Assembly: GCA_000002435.2 (NCBI GenBank)
Contig: CM018789.1
Strand: one strand, 5' to 3'
DNA from: Giardia intestinalis
Lineage: Eukaryota
Length of the DNA stretch: 64,000 nucleotides
The first letter of the stretch is position 1. The number at the start of each line of letters is the position of its first letter. Shown here piece after piece: positions 55,884 to 64,000 of this stretch. The notes beneath the pieces were generated by a model. It made no database searches and had not been told where the DNA came from. It saw only the letters and a list, made by a program, of their open reading frames with translations. The position numbers were made by a program, and so were the translations under genes.

Positions 55884-58262
55884 TCAGTGTTCACTTTCTT
55901 CCTTAGCTTGAGGTACTATATGTGTAGGGAACGGCTGACTGTTCCATATCCAGCAATCTGAGAGGATGTCATTGACTACGAAGTCCACGTCAGTCTTGGC
56001 CTTTTGCAGAATTGAGTGCATCATAACACCGCTTCCTCGTTGCTCAGCCAGGCTTATCATGACACCTGATAAATCGTTACCCCAATCCTGTCTGACAGCG
56101 GCTTCGACAAGGGGAAAGCCAGGATATGAAGTTAGTGCATCCATGCCTTCAATAATGTGCTGCTTAATGTTTGGAACTAAGTTCTCTGCGTTGTAGAGAG
56201 ATATCTCACTCGATGATATACCCTTTGCAAGCTCCTGCTCTATAAACGTTCTCTCGTCAAGCCCCACGACAGCATCAAAGTCTCCATCTGCCTTTGAATA
56301 TGAGTGCACAGCTGTGAAGGCAGAACCGCTTTCTAGGAGGCGGATCAATTTTCTGATCAATGGATGATAGTGATTGCGAAGCCCCGTGAGCTCAATCAGA
56401 GTTATGCTGGGAACTGAAGTGCCCTCCCACAGCTGTAGGCAGTTTGAAAGTGACAAGGGGGAAGCGTGGAAAGCAGACACATCTGCAGGCTCTTCTTGGC
56501 CTTGATTCTTGAGCAACCAGCGAAGATTTGTGTGTCGCTTCAGTGTGGCTATGATCAACATAACTATGCTTAAAGTAATGTTGCCAGACACACAAAGGGA
56601 CAGAATGGAAAGACGCTTTAGAAGACATGCCTGAATAGCACTAGCAACATATGAAGTCTGTAGACATTTTGCTAAGAGGCGTAGAAGTCGTTGTCTGCAA
56701 CCAGGAATAGAAAATACATTTGGCACGAGAAGGGAAAAAAGATGCTCAAAGAAGTTATTCAGGGGAAGGCTGTTGCTAGTGCAGAGATCGAACATGGCGT
56801 CGGTGACCAAAAGCTTGTATGCCAAAGAAAACCTCCTTGCATAATGTCCTGCCGGAAGCTTAGACCCAGTAACGCTTTCAAGGCTATGTTGGAGATCAGA
56901 GAGCTTTTTCATTGTTGCTATAAGATAGATACTCTGTGAAGAAGAAGTAGCATGCTTTGTGACCTGGTTAGATGTAGATAAAATGGCTATAATGGCATTG
57001 TGAGCAGGCGTAAAGTCCGGCGCGGCAACTGACCGTCGAACAATGCTGCAGGCAATATTGAATAGAAGCTCGCAGATTCCGTAGTAACAAGAGAATAAGA
57101 CGGCCCTGAGTCCCTCTGCATCTTCGAGAGCATAGGCAGGAGTAAACTGCTCTGTCTCTGGAAGGGCTACGTTCTCTCGCTCCAGTCTCTGAACCTCTGC
57201 AAGCATAGAGTTTATCTGTGACAGGTTATGTTTCCGCATAGACACGTTATCTCCTTTTTTCCTATCTTCTGCAGTGCGATCGCGTGGGGTCCTGTGTATT
57301 AACAGCAAATTGACACGGTCCAAAATCCCTCTCGAGAGTCTCCTCTGTGGGATTTTTATGCTAGAGCTAGAAATAACATCAATAAGCCCAGTGATTCCTG
57401 GTATGGATGCTGACCTGGTGCACCCTTTAATACATGTCACTGAGATGGCCAGGTATTCGATGTAGTAATTGATAGCGTTTGCCTTTATATGGTGACTGGC
57501 GGCATCCAAACTTAATTGAAAAAGATTGATGATGGCAGCAGTGGAGATAGAATTGGAAATATCTTCTAGTGGTGTGTGATCTTGAATTTCTTGCACAATG
57601 GCATCTATAGCAGAAAATGTGAAAAAGCACAAGTCGCTATACGTGTCTAGAATGTTGGAGAAAGTCCGCTTAAAACTATCACTAAGGGTCTTGGGTGCCT
57701 CTGGTCTAAGAAGGTAACGGAGAAACAGAGTGTAGGATTGGAGAGGGAAGAGGCCTATGGACCCGTCCTCTGTGGTCTTCCAGGGCTGTGTTTGAGAAAG
57801 CACAACAGAGGAGTCCTGGTGTGCTTCAATAAGTGCTTCCGCGCGTAAAATCTCAAACATGTTGTACAGAGCAGCCTTGCATAGTTTGCCACTAGCGCTT
57901 GACTCTGCGTATTTATACAGAAGAAGCCGGAATAAGGTAGCATGCTTAAGAATGAGGAGATCGTTATCATCCATAGAGAGGCTCTCCTGAGCTGTCTTCA
58001 AATCAGCTGCAATGTTGGCTTCTGGTAAGCCTACCAGTGCTAGTCCAGCCATTACTTTAGGATATCTTGTGAACAATTCCAGAAAGATCTCGGTTGTAAC
58101 GTTGATGGCGGCAACGGTGACCCCTGTATATTCGGGGTCGTCAATCGAGCATATATCTTGACAAAGAGGCCCCAAGAGTTCCAGCTGCTCATTCTCCCCA
58201 AGTATCCGTCTGCGCATCTCGTTGAGAGCAGAGAGGTAGTTGCTTTCGGTTGGTCTCCCCAT
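55884..58262 (-). CDS. CBF/Mak21-family nucleolar complex protein (Noc3/Noc4-like, ribosome biogenesis)
   Basis: 792-aa ATG ORF. ACLLKRLSILSLCVSGNITLSIVMLIIATLKRHTNLRWLL fits the CBF-domain core (a-flKRL-r-sl-ap----il-fi-nLl-rHp). The rest is helical-repeat-like. Confidence 0.85.
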   Translation of the reverse strand: MGRPTESNYLSALNEMRRRILGENEQLELLGPLCQDICSIDDPEYTGVTVAAINVTTEIFLELFTRYPKVMAGLALVGLPEANIAADLKTAQESLSMDDNDLLILKHATLFRLLLYKYAESSASGKLCKAALYNMFEILRAEALIEAHQDSSVVLSQTQPWKTTEDGSIGLFPLQSYTLFLRYLLRPEAPKTLSDSFKRTFSNILDTYSDLCFFTFSAIDAIVQEIQDHTPLEDISNSISTAAIINLFQLSLDAASHHIKANAINYYIEYLAISVTCIKGCTRSASIPGITGLIDVISSSSIKIPQRRLSRGILDRVNLLLIHRTPRDRTAEDRKKGDNVSMRKHNLSQINSMLAEVQRLERENVALPETEQFTPAYALEDAEGLRAVLFSCYYGICELLFNIACSIVRRSVAAPDFTPAHNAIIAILSTSNQVTKHATSSSQSIYLIATMKKLSDLQHSLESVTGSKLPAGHYARRFSLAYKLLVTDAMFDLCTSNSLPLNNFFEHLFSLLVPNVFSIPGCRQRLLRLLAKCLQTSYVASAIQACLLKRLSILSLCVSGNITLSIVMLIIATLKRHTNLRWLLKNQGQEEPADVSAFHASPLSLSNCLQLWEGTSVPSITLIELTGLRNHYHPLIRKLIRLLESGSAFTAVHSYSKADGDFDAVVGLDERTFIEQELAKGISSSEISLYNAENLVPNIKQHIIEGMDALTSYPGFPLVEAAVRQDWGNDLSGVMISLAEQRGSGVMMHSILQKAKTDVDFVVNDILSDCWIWNSQPFPTHIVPQAKEESEH

Positions 58263-58325
58263 GGCTCCTGTGCTGGAATTAATTCATTGATAAATTGTAA
58301 AGAGCATTCACAGAGGAAGAGAGGC

Positions 58326-58526
58326 CTAATTTCCTTCAGTAGAGACCTGAATATTCTGATCAATTGGAACATGATACGGAACAAGTGAGCTCTTCACGGC
58401 CTTCGTTGCCTTCCAGAAGACACTCACCAGCTCATCTGCAAACTTATCAACGGGTTTTTCTCGCCCGCTATCCAGGTTATATTGCTCAGCTGGCGATCCA
58501 TCAGAAAACAAGGACGCATCCGGCAT
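58326..58526 (-). CDS. Possible small protein (66 aa)
   Basis: The first ATG is at 58526 with context GGTTCAAAAATG; the track start is GTG. No motif was recognised. Confidence 0.4.
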   Translation of the reverse strand: MPDASLFSDGSPAEQYNLDSGREKPVDKFADELVSVFWKATKAVKSSLVPYHVPIDQNIQVSTEGN

Positions 58527-58657
58527 TTTTGAACCCACACTTACAGGCTGTAAGCTGTAGATGATTGAATTTCTCAGACATTGGTCTAATTGCTAGATTT
58601 ACGAGTACAGTGTTTCTCCGCAAGATTTCTTCACAAGACCGGCGTGAGATTGGAATA

Positions 58658-59698
58658 CTAAACATGGGCATATAACAAAGCAGTAAATAAACAGGCCAAG
58701 CAGATAGCCAGGATCCCAGAAGTCCCCAGAACATGAAATGTATCGACCAGGATACCTATAGTATTGCGATCACTCATATTAATGTATGCGATAACATCGG
58801 ATGCGACCATACTTTCCCCATAATGCTTGTATGCGGCTCTGGATGCCCTTCTGGTTAGGATTGCAGCCCTCTCACATATAGATAGAGCAGACTCATCGAC
58901 AGACCTAGCCAGAAGAGCAGCTAGGATGCCTGCAAGGATATCTCCCTGGCCTGCAGACCGTTTTGGTTGTCCCCTCTCTGTGACTACACGTGCAGCATCG
59001 CACGGATTCGGAGAAACCACTACGTCCACCACACCCTTGATCAAGATAACAACTCCCAACTTTTTGGATAATTGCGTAGGCTCATTTGTGAGTGCATTGT
59101 AGTACTTTCTCCCTCTTTTGACCAAGCCTTTTAAAGCTATGAACCCCAGTGCAATCCCCGACCAATTGGATGTAAGGCTTTTCCCTAATACACTTATTGT
59201 CTTCTCATACTGTGAAGGATACGAATTAAAGACGCTATGATAGAGGTGCTTAAACTCAGCATAGTTGGGGGTGATTATTGATTGTGCTGCACTGAGCTGA
59301 TTGAGTAAGCCGCTTGTGACAACATCCTGTTGCTTAAGAAGCATGCAAACTATACGAATAGCATCTGCATCCAGTAAGAGCCGTGATGGCTTTGTGGACA
59401 TGACATCCGTGAATAGCGCAACAGACTCCTCCTCTGTGTCCAAGCCGGGACCTATAAGTATATTAGTATAATGAATATCTTTCCAGGTATCTAAGCAACT
59501 AGATACGATAAAGTTTGGAGAGGCTGAAGCAACAATTTGTGAATTGGACCCTCGCACAAGCAAGTAGCAGTAATCTGCCCCTGCCCGAAGACACGACAAC
59601 CCTGCAAGGATTGGAGCCCCGTGATATTTAGGGGAGCCTGCAATTAAAAGCGGCCGCCCACGTTGACCCTTGTGCAAGGTATATCTGAGCCTCTGCAT
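58658..59698 (-). CDS. ATP-dependent NAD(P)H-hydrate dehydratase (CARKD / YjeF C-terminal type) with hydrophobic C-terminal extension
   Basis: 346 aa with start context TTTTAAAATG. KGQRGRPLLIAGSPKYHGAPILAGLSCLRAGADY matches KG--G-vlviGGs--y-GAp-laa-aalr-GaDl. GQGDILAGILAALLA matches the GgGDvLaG motif. An extra tail TFHVLGTSGILAICLACLFTALLYAHV follows. Confidence 0.88.
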   Translation of the reverse strand: MQRLRYTLHKGQRGRPLLIAGSPKYHGAPILAGLSCLRAGADYCYLLVRGSNSQIVASASPNFIVSSCLDTWKDIHYTNILIGPGLDTEEESVALFTDVMSTKPSRLLLDADAIRIVCMLLKQQDVVTSGLLNQLSAAQSIITPNYAEFKHLYHSVFNSYPSQYEKTISVLGKSLTSNWSGIALGFIALKGLVKRGRKYYNALTNEPTQLSKKLGVVILIKGVVDVVVSPNPCDAARVVTERGQPKRSAGQGDILAGILAALLARSVDESALSICERAAILTRRASRAAYKHYGESMVASDVIAYINMSDRNTIGILVDTFHVLGTSGILAICLACLFTALLYAHV

Positions 59699-59710
59699 TT
59701 TAAAATTCTC
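59699..59710. promoter_or_regulatory. 12-bp spacer (tttaaaattctc) between divergent start codons
   Basis: CAT lies at 59696-59698 (minus-strand gene) and ATG at 59711 (plus-strand gene). The track start at 59663 is TTG. Confidence 0.6.
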
Positions 59711-61672
59711 ATGACAGACTTACAGTCCTTTTACCATAGCTCGGTTCAGCCCAAAGGTGGAGACATTGTTGTTGCAACCCTAGGTAATAGCGGGTCTACC
59801 TTTGCTGTTGCCACGGCAAAGCGAATGGTGTCTGTGTATGTTCTTGGCCAATCTGAGCCTACGCTGACATTTAAAGACTTCAACAGTGATGCAACGTCCA
59901 TCCTGTTCAGTTACGATGAGTCTTTATTGGCCCTAGGGACAATGGGAGGTTCTGTCCATGTTTATGATTTGAAAGCAAAGTCATGTTATTGGAGATTTTC
60001 AGCGCACAAGTCATACATTACAGCTATGGCCTTCACACAATCAGGCATGTTTCTCGCGACAGGCAGTATTGACGGGAGCATTCATATTTGGGACACGTCC
60101 AAGCGGGGAAAACTGCAGGATATAGCGAGTTGCAATTCTCAGCCTATTGTTCCTCCAACTGGTATTAAGGGCTCTGCCAGACTAACGTCAGTAGTCAACG
60201 ATCCTGCCATAACAGCCCTGACCTTCCCATCTAGTGGGGCCTTCCTCTTCATTGGGGATGCAGCAGGGCGGATATTTATTTGGAATACAGTTTCTCTTGC
60301 CTTTATCCAAGAGCTGATGGCCACCAGTCGGTCAGGTAATAGTAGCGAAGACCTATCACTTACTAATCCTCATATAAGTCAGAATAGCAACCAACTGCTT
60401 CAAATTACCAAGGTCAGCATAAAGCATATCACTGCTCATGATGAGCACAAGATCATTGCCGTCTGCGACGGAGAGAAGGTAACGTACTGGGATGTAGGAG
60501 CTTTTTCTGAAATCACTAAAGAAAACAGGGCCGGTGGTTGTGATTGGTCCTACTTTATGAATAATTCTGATGTTAGCTTAGTTTTTCATCCTCATGGCAT
60601 GCTCTGTGTGGATTATGAAGCAGAACAGGAGCATGTCTTGAGCTCAGTGCCAGTCAATCTAGACAACCTTTTTTCAGTAGCAATTAGAAGGAGTTCCCGA
60701 TTGCCGCAGGTCGTCATGCTGCTTCTGGAACAATCAACGACACCCAGCGTGAGCATTTGGGTGATTAATTTGAAGTATGTTGAACCATTTAAGACCTTGT
60801 ATGCCCATCTGATAGGTGACAAAGCCACAGAAGGGGGCAAACCCATGAAGAAGTCATCTGACACAGCATCTACAGCGAGCATACAGCAGCCCAAGCCAGC
60901 AGAAAAGCGGCAAAAGCCTCCACAATCAACCTCAGTGGTTCCTGCACCGAACCCCAATGGTAGAAATCGTCCACATGAGAAAGACGACAAAAGGCCTGCA
61001 GAACCCAAGAGGACATCAGCAAGTGCTACGCCAGAGTCGGATACCATAGCTCAGCCAACGGTGTACTCTGTATTTGATTACAACAAAATTCAACGGAAAC
61101 CAGGTGATACAGATGAGATGCTGTCTGTTTTATTAGGCAACACAGAGATAATAGAGTCCATGGAACATAAAAGCATCATTGTGGGAGTGTTTAGTGATTT
61201 GTGGCATGAGGGAAACATTAAGGTGGCCATTGAAACCCTACTCCAAGAAAAGGATATGCGTGTGGTTTGTGACGTTCTTAAGAAAATAGACGCCAGAAAT
61301 GGTATTAGCATAAGCGACATACTTCCAGTCCTTATCCACTTTTCTGCGTCTATCGAACATGCCATTGCATCTAAAGATCCATCTATCACGGCCATTTACA
61401 ATGCCACCGATAGCATGTCTCTATCGGTCAATTATGCAAAGATCTTCTCACAGGTTGTCTTTAGTACAATTCAAGCCTATAGCCGGACCAGTGCCAACGC
61501 CAACGATGTCGCTCTGGAGGATAGGTACGACAACTGCATCAAGTTCTTCGAGTCCATGTGCACAATAAAAGGGCTCTGTGAAGATGCTAGTGTACAGAGC
61601 ACAAGCTCCAAAATTAAAGCTAGTGCAAAGGCTTCTGCAGCTACACTACGCGATCTACGGTTCACCAAGTAA
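59711..61672 (+). CDS. Katanin p80 regulatory subunit (WD40 + con80 domain)
   Basis: 653 aa. The N-terminal WD40 region (LALGTMGGSVHVYDLKAKSCYWRFSAHKSYITAMAFTQSGMFLATGSIDGSIHIWDTSKRG) is colinear with human KATNB1 ([58 protein letters not shown]). The C-terminal VFSDLWHEGNIKVAIETLLQEKDMRVVCDVLKKI fits the con80 pattern. Confidence 0.88.
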   Translation: MTDLQSFYHSSVQPKGGDIVVATLGNSGSTFAVATAKRMVSVYVLGQSEPTLTFKDFNSDATSILFSYDESLLALGTMGGSVHVYDLKAKSCYWRFSAHKSYITAMAFTQSGMFLATGSIDGSIHIWDTSKRGKLQDIASCNSQPIVPPTGIKGSARLTSVVNDPAITALTFPSSGAFLFIGDAAGRIFIWNTVSLAFIQELMATSRSGNSSEDLSLTNPHISQNSNQLLQITKVSIKHITAHDEHKIIAVCDGEKVTYWDVGAFSEITKENRAGGCDWSYFMNNSDVSLVFHPHGMLCVDYEAEQEHVLSSVPVNLDNLFSVAIRRSSRLPQVVMLLLEQSTTPSVSIWVINLKYVEPFKTLYAHLIGDKATEGGKPMKKSSDTASTASIQQPKPAEKRQKPPQSTSVVPAPNPNGRNRPHEKDDKRPAEPKRTSASATPESDTIAQPTVYSVFDYNKIQRKPGDTDEMLSVLLGNTEIIESMEHKSIIVGVFSDLWHEGNIKVAIETLLQEKDMRVVCDVLKKIDARNGISISDILPVLIHFSASIEHAIASKDPSITAIYNATDSMSLSVNYAKIFSQVVFSTIQAYSRTSANANDVALEDRYDNCIKFFESMCTIKGLCEDASVQSTSSKIKASAKASAATLRDLRFTK

Positions 61673-61790
61673 ATTATGCAACCTTACTATGCAGCAATAT
61701 ATGTAATAAATAAGCCTTTTGTTCCTACTGGCTTGCTATGAAACCGGGAAAGCCCAAAATAAAAATACGAAAACTACCGGGATTCACCAA

Positions 61791-64000
61791 ATGAGTAAGA
61801 CCGATCCTGTTATACTCTATGTGGGGGTAGCAGGGCCCTGTCCTAACTACATCAAGGGAAGCTATATACAAATGTATAAGAGGTCCCAAGCTCGAAATTC
61901 ATCGAACCTTCTACCTACGGTTTTAGCGCGATACCCATCCTCTGACTTGTCAGATTTTCCATTCCCACCTTATATCTACAACTATGTATTCCCTATGGGG
62001 GTTCAAATCCTGTCAGAAAAACCGGTTAAGAAACTCGATCATCACTGTTTCACATACACAACTGCACGGGGAAGACTTGTCTGGGGTATATCTCACCAGT
62101 TTGCATTGCCAATGGGCGATGAAATGCGCGGAATCATACAATCGCAATATGAAGACATTAATGTCACGGTCCAATCATACAGTCTGTACTCTATTTTTGC
62201 CCTTATCACAGAGGGCCACTTATCTAAATTTACCACTATTCTAGGCCAGTTTGCAAGAAGCATCCAGTCAGAGAGGGACTTCCAGGGTGTTTGCATGAAA
62301 ATATATGAGCTTTTCCCATCAAAGAAGAAGTTGCCCTACACTGTTATTATCGATACCGACAAGCAAGTCCAGGCATTTCCGACTGTAGCACTGACTTCAG
62401 CACAGTCAACTAGTGCTGGTTTTACACCAATAACTCAAAGAGTGCACCAGACACCCAAGGAAGTATCAGCTCTATCTCAGGCGGTTATCAATGGTGAAGT
62501 GCTAAAACGAAATTCAGGGCAGAAGAACTCTGAAAAGCTAAAGCTGACTTTCGAGAAGCTTTCTAACAACTGCTTTCCGTCAGTTTCTGTTAATTTTCTG
62601 ACCCTTTTTAGCCACGTTTCTCCCAATGCAATTGTGGACACGTTAGAGGCGCTTCTACAATCTCGAACGGTCTTATTTATTGGGAAATCACTCCACAGGG
62701 TGTCTATGTGTGTCATTGAAATGTGGACTCTTCTTTATCCGTTCTCGTATCCCTTTCCATTCCTCCCTGTCATGTCTGGTCTTCAACTGTACATTTTGCA
62801 CTCCCCCTTTCCAGTGCTTGCGGGCGCTTACAGATCCGTTATAACTGGCAATGCAATATCCCCCCTTCTTCACGTAGTCGATGTGGATACTGGCCGTGTT
62901 GTGCCGCCTTACGAGTTGCTCTCTTCGCAGTACGGTGGCAGGCTGCTTCGCTATGCGCTCCCGCGGGCAGTTATTTCTAGATTTCCAATTGCCTTTTACC
63001 TTGGAGAGGATCATAAGCATGAGAGTAAGCACGCCTCTCGTCATGAAGTAATGCCACATGCGGTCGCTCTTCACAATACATTCAATCTGGAGGGCACTGA
63101 TGAGACCTTAACCATCTCAAATCTTTTTCCAATGGAAAAGAAGGCAACAGCAGGGCAACGGAAAAAAGGCAAAGGTGGAGGCCAGTCTTCTCATACTGAT
63201 ATCACCAGTAATGAGCACTCATTGATCCCAACGGTTTCTAAGGCATATCAAAATCTAAGTGATACCTCTAAAGAACTACAGCAGCTGGTTCCTAACTTTT
63301 TCGGAATCTCTCATTTATGTCGTTTAATAACTATGAACTTTCATTTATTCACACTTTCCAAAATCATTCAAATATCATACGATAGCAACACTCTGCAATC
63401 AGGTATTAACACAAGACAACATGCTTTCCCTCCTCCAGTAGGAAAGGGCATTGCCAGCTATGCAACTAAAGCGCCCCCAGACATGCAAGCGAACAAGCGC
63501 CCTCTTTTATCAAAATCTGTCAATAGCATTGCCAGCGTCGCATCTGTTCATATGGTACCAACAGAGTCATCTAATTCGGGTGATAGCTTTCTAGGAGCAA
63601 TGCAATCCTGTGCAGGAAAGGTGAAACGACAAGTGAAGAAGCGCTTAGCCAAAAAGGAGCAGCGGTGGCGCCATGGAGATAGCTTGATCCTAGATCGTGA
63701 TGGAAAGGTATCTAGTTTACTTAGCACACAATTGCCACAAAACAGTTGTCCGAGACCCTCAGATCAGCGAAAATGTGGAGACTTGAATAGTGCAACTGCT
63801 TCGTCTGTATCGTCATCGAATATTTTTCAGGTTCCATCACTTCCTACTATTATAAAAAAGCGACTCCTTTTACTAATTAATCAAGCAGCTCGTATTTATA
63901 TAGACAAGTCCACTAAGGAGAAGCCTTCTAAAGGGGTAGCAGACACATCGACTACATGTAATCTTCCAAAGATGCCGAGTCACTACGAGCAGAAAATTAA
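61791..64000 (+). CDS. DENN-domain protein (Rab GEF family), 5' partial; ORF continues past the window end
   Basis: This ORF is not in the supplied track. I translated from the ATG at 61791 to 64000 (736 codons) and found no stop. A uDENN-like region is present (HHCFTYTTARGRLVWGISHQFALPMGDE). The core DENN region LEALLQSRTVLFIGKSLHRVSMCVIEMWTLLYPFSYPFPFLPVMSGLQLYILHSPFPVLAGAY matches l--aLL-E-kiil-S...c-eal-sLLyPf-W-h-yIPiLP--l-d-l-aP-PfliG. Confidence 0.85.
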   Translation, partial: MSKTDPVILYVGVAGPCPNYIKGSYIQMYKRSQARNSSNLLPTVLARYPSSDLSDFPFPPYIYNYVFPMGVQILSEKPVKKLDHHCFTYTTARGRLVWGISHQFALPMGDEMRGIIQSQYEDINVTVQSYSLYSIFALITEGHLSKFTTILGQFARSIQSERDFQGVCMKIYELFPSKKKLPYTVIIDTDKQVQAFPTVALTSAQSTSAGFTPITQRVHQTPKEVSALSQAVINGEVLKRNSGQKNSEKLKLTFEKLSNNCFPSVSVNFLTLFSHVSPNAIVDTLEALLQSRTVLFIGKSLHRVSMCVIEMWTLLYPFSYPFPFLPVMSGLQLYILHSPFPVLAGAYRSVITGNAISPLLHVVDVDTGRVVPPYELLSSQYGGRLLRYALPRAVISRFPIAFYLGEDHKHESKHASRHEVMPHAVALHNTFNLEGTDETLTISNLFPMEKKATAGQRKKGKGGGQSSHTDITSNEHSLIPTVSKAYQNLSDTSKELQQLVPNFFGISHLCRLITMNFHLFTLSKIIQISYDSNTLQSGINTRQHAFPPPVGKGIASYATKAPPDMQANKRPLLSKSVNSIASVASVHMVPTESSNSGDSFLGAMQSCAGKVKRQVKKRLAKKEQRWRHGDSLILDRDGKVSSLLSTQLPQNSCPRPSDQRKCGDLNSATASSVSSSNIFQVPSLPTIIKKRLLLLINQAARIYIDKSTKEKPSKGVADTSTTCNLPKMPSHYEQKI

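Noticed and set aside
61997-62010. tRNA T-loop-like string GGGGGTTCAAATCC
   Set aside because: The flanking bases cannot form the T-stem (GGGGG vs CCTGT). No acceptor or anticodon arms could be found, and the string lies inside the DENN coding frame.
1-64000. Prokaryotic reading of the window (operons, defence islands, phage or transposon cargo)
   Set aside because: The gene content is eukaryotic: E2F, GINS/SLD5, RPB6, V-ATPase H, katanin p80, DENN, PX, GYF and clathrin-related motifs. Start contexts are A/T-rich initiators without Shine-Dalgarno sequences, and AGTRAA poly(A) signals follow the stops. I saw no integrase, transposase, Cas or toxin-antitoxin signatures.

Overview
This is eukaryotic sequence. 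I read it as a nuclear chromosome segment of Giardia intestinalis (lamblia) or a very close relative. The basis is fourfold. Two cysteine-rich CXXC surface-protein genes end in the invariant VSP tail CRGKA-stop. AGTRAA-type poly(A) signals sit on or just after stop codons, and A/T-rich initiator patches abut the ATGs. The genes appear intronless, with 4-250 bp spacers and some overlapping 3' ends. One gene fuses a NEK-like pseudokinase to ankyrin repeats. The window has three compartments. (1) 1-7971 is a GC-rich, apparently perfect palindrome carrying two convergent (tail-to-tail) VSP genes. The arms differ only in a 117-bp (39-aa) in-frame repeat: 14 perfect copies in the left gene and one in the right (935 vs 428 aa). 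The palindrome runs off the left window edge. (2) About 7972-11899 is ~3.9 kb with no credible ORF in any frame, an outlier for this gene density. (3) 11900-64000 holds about 40 tightly packed genes. DNA repair and replication: SPRTN-like protease, Nei/NEIL glycosylase, SLD5, XPF. Axoneme and cytoskeleton: MORN5-like, CFAP52-like WD40, IQCA1/DRC11-like AAA, katanin p80. Trafficking: PX, syntaxin-like, DENN, clathrin-light-chain-like. Others: V-ATPase H, RPB6, M16 peptidase, phosphohexomutase, NAD(P)HX dehydratase, an NlpC/P60-like peptidase and many hypotheticals. I recognised no rRNA, tRNA, CRISPR array or transposon. Caveats: the supplied ORF track starts several ORFs at TTG/GTG codons, so I trimmed those to the first ATG with an A/T-rich upstream patch. 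The track also omits an open-ended ORF (61791 to the window end). All functional calls come from motif recognition by eye, not from database searches.
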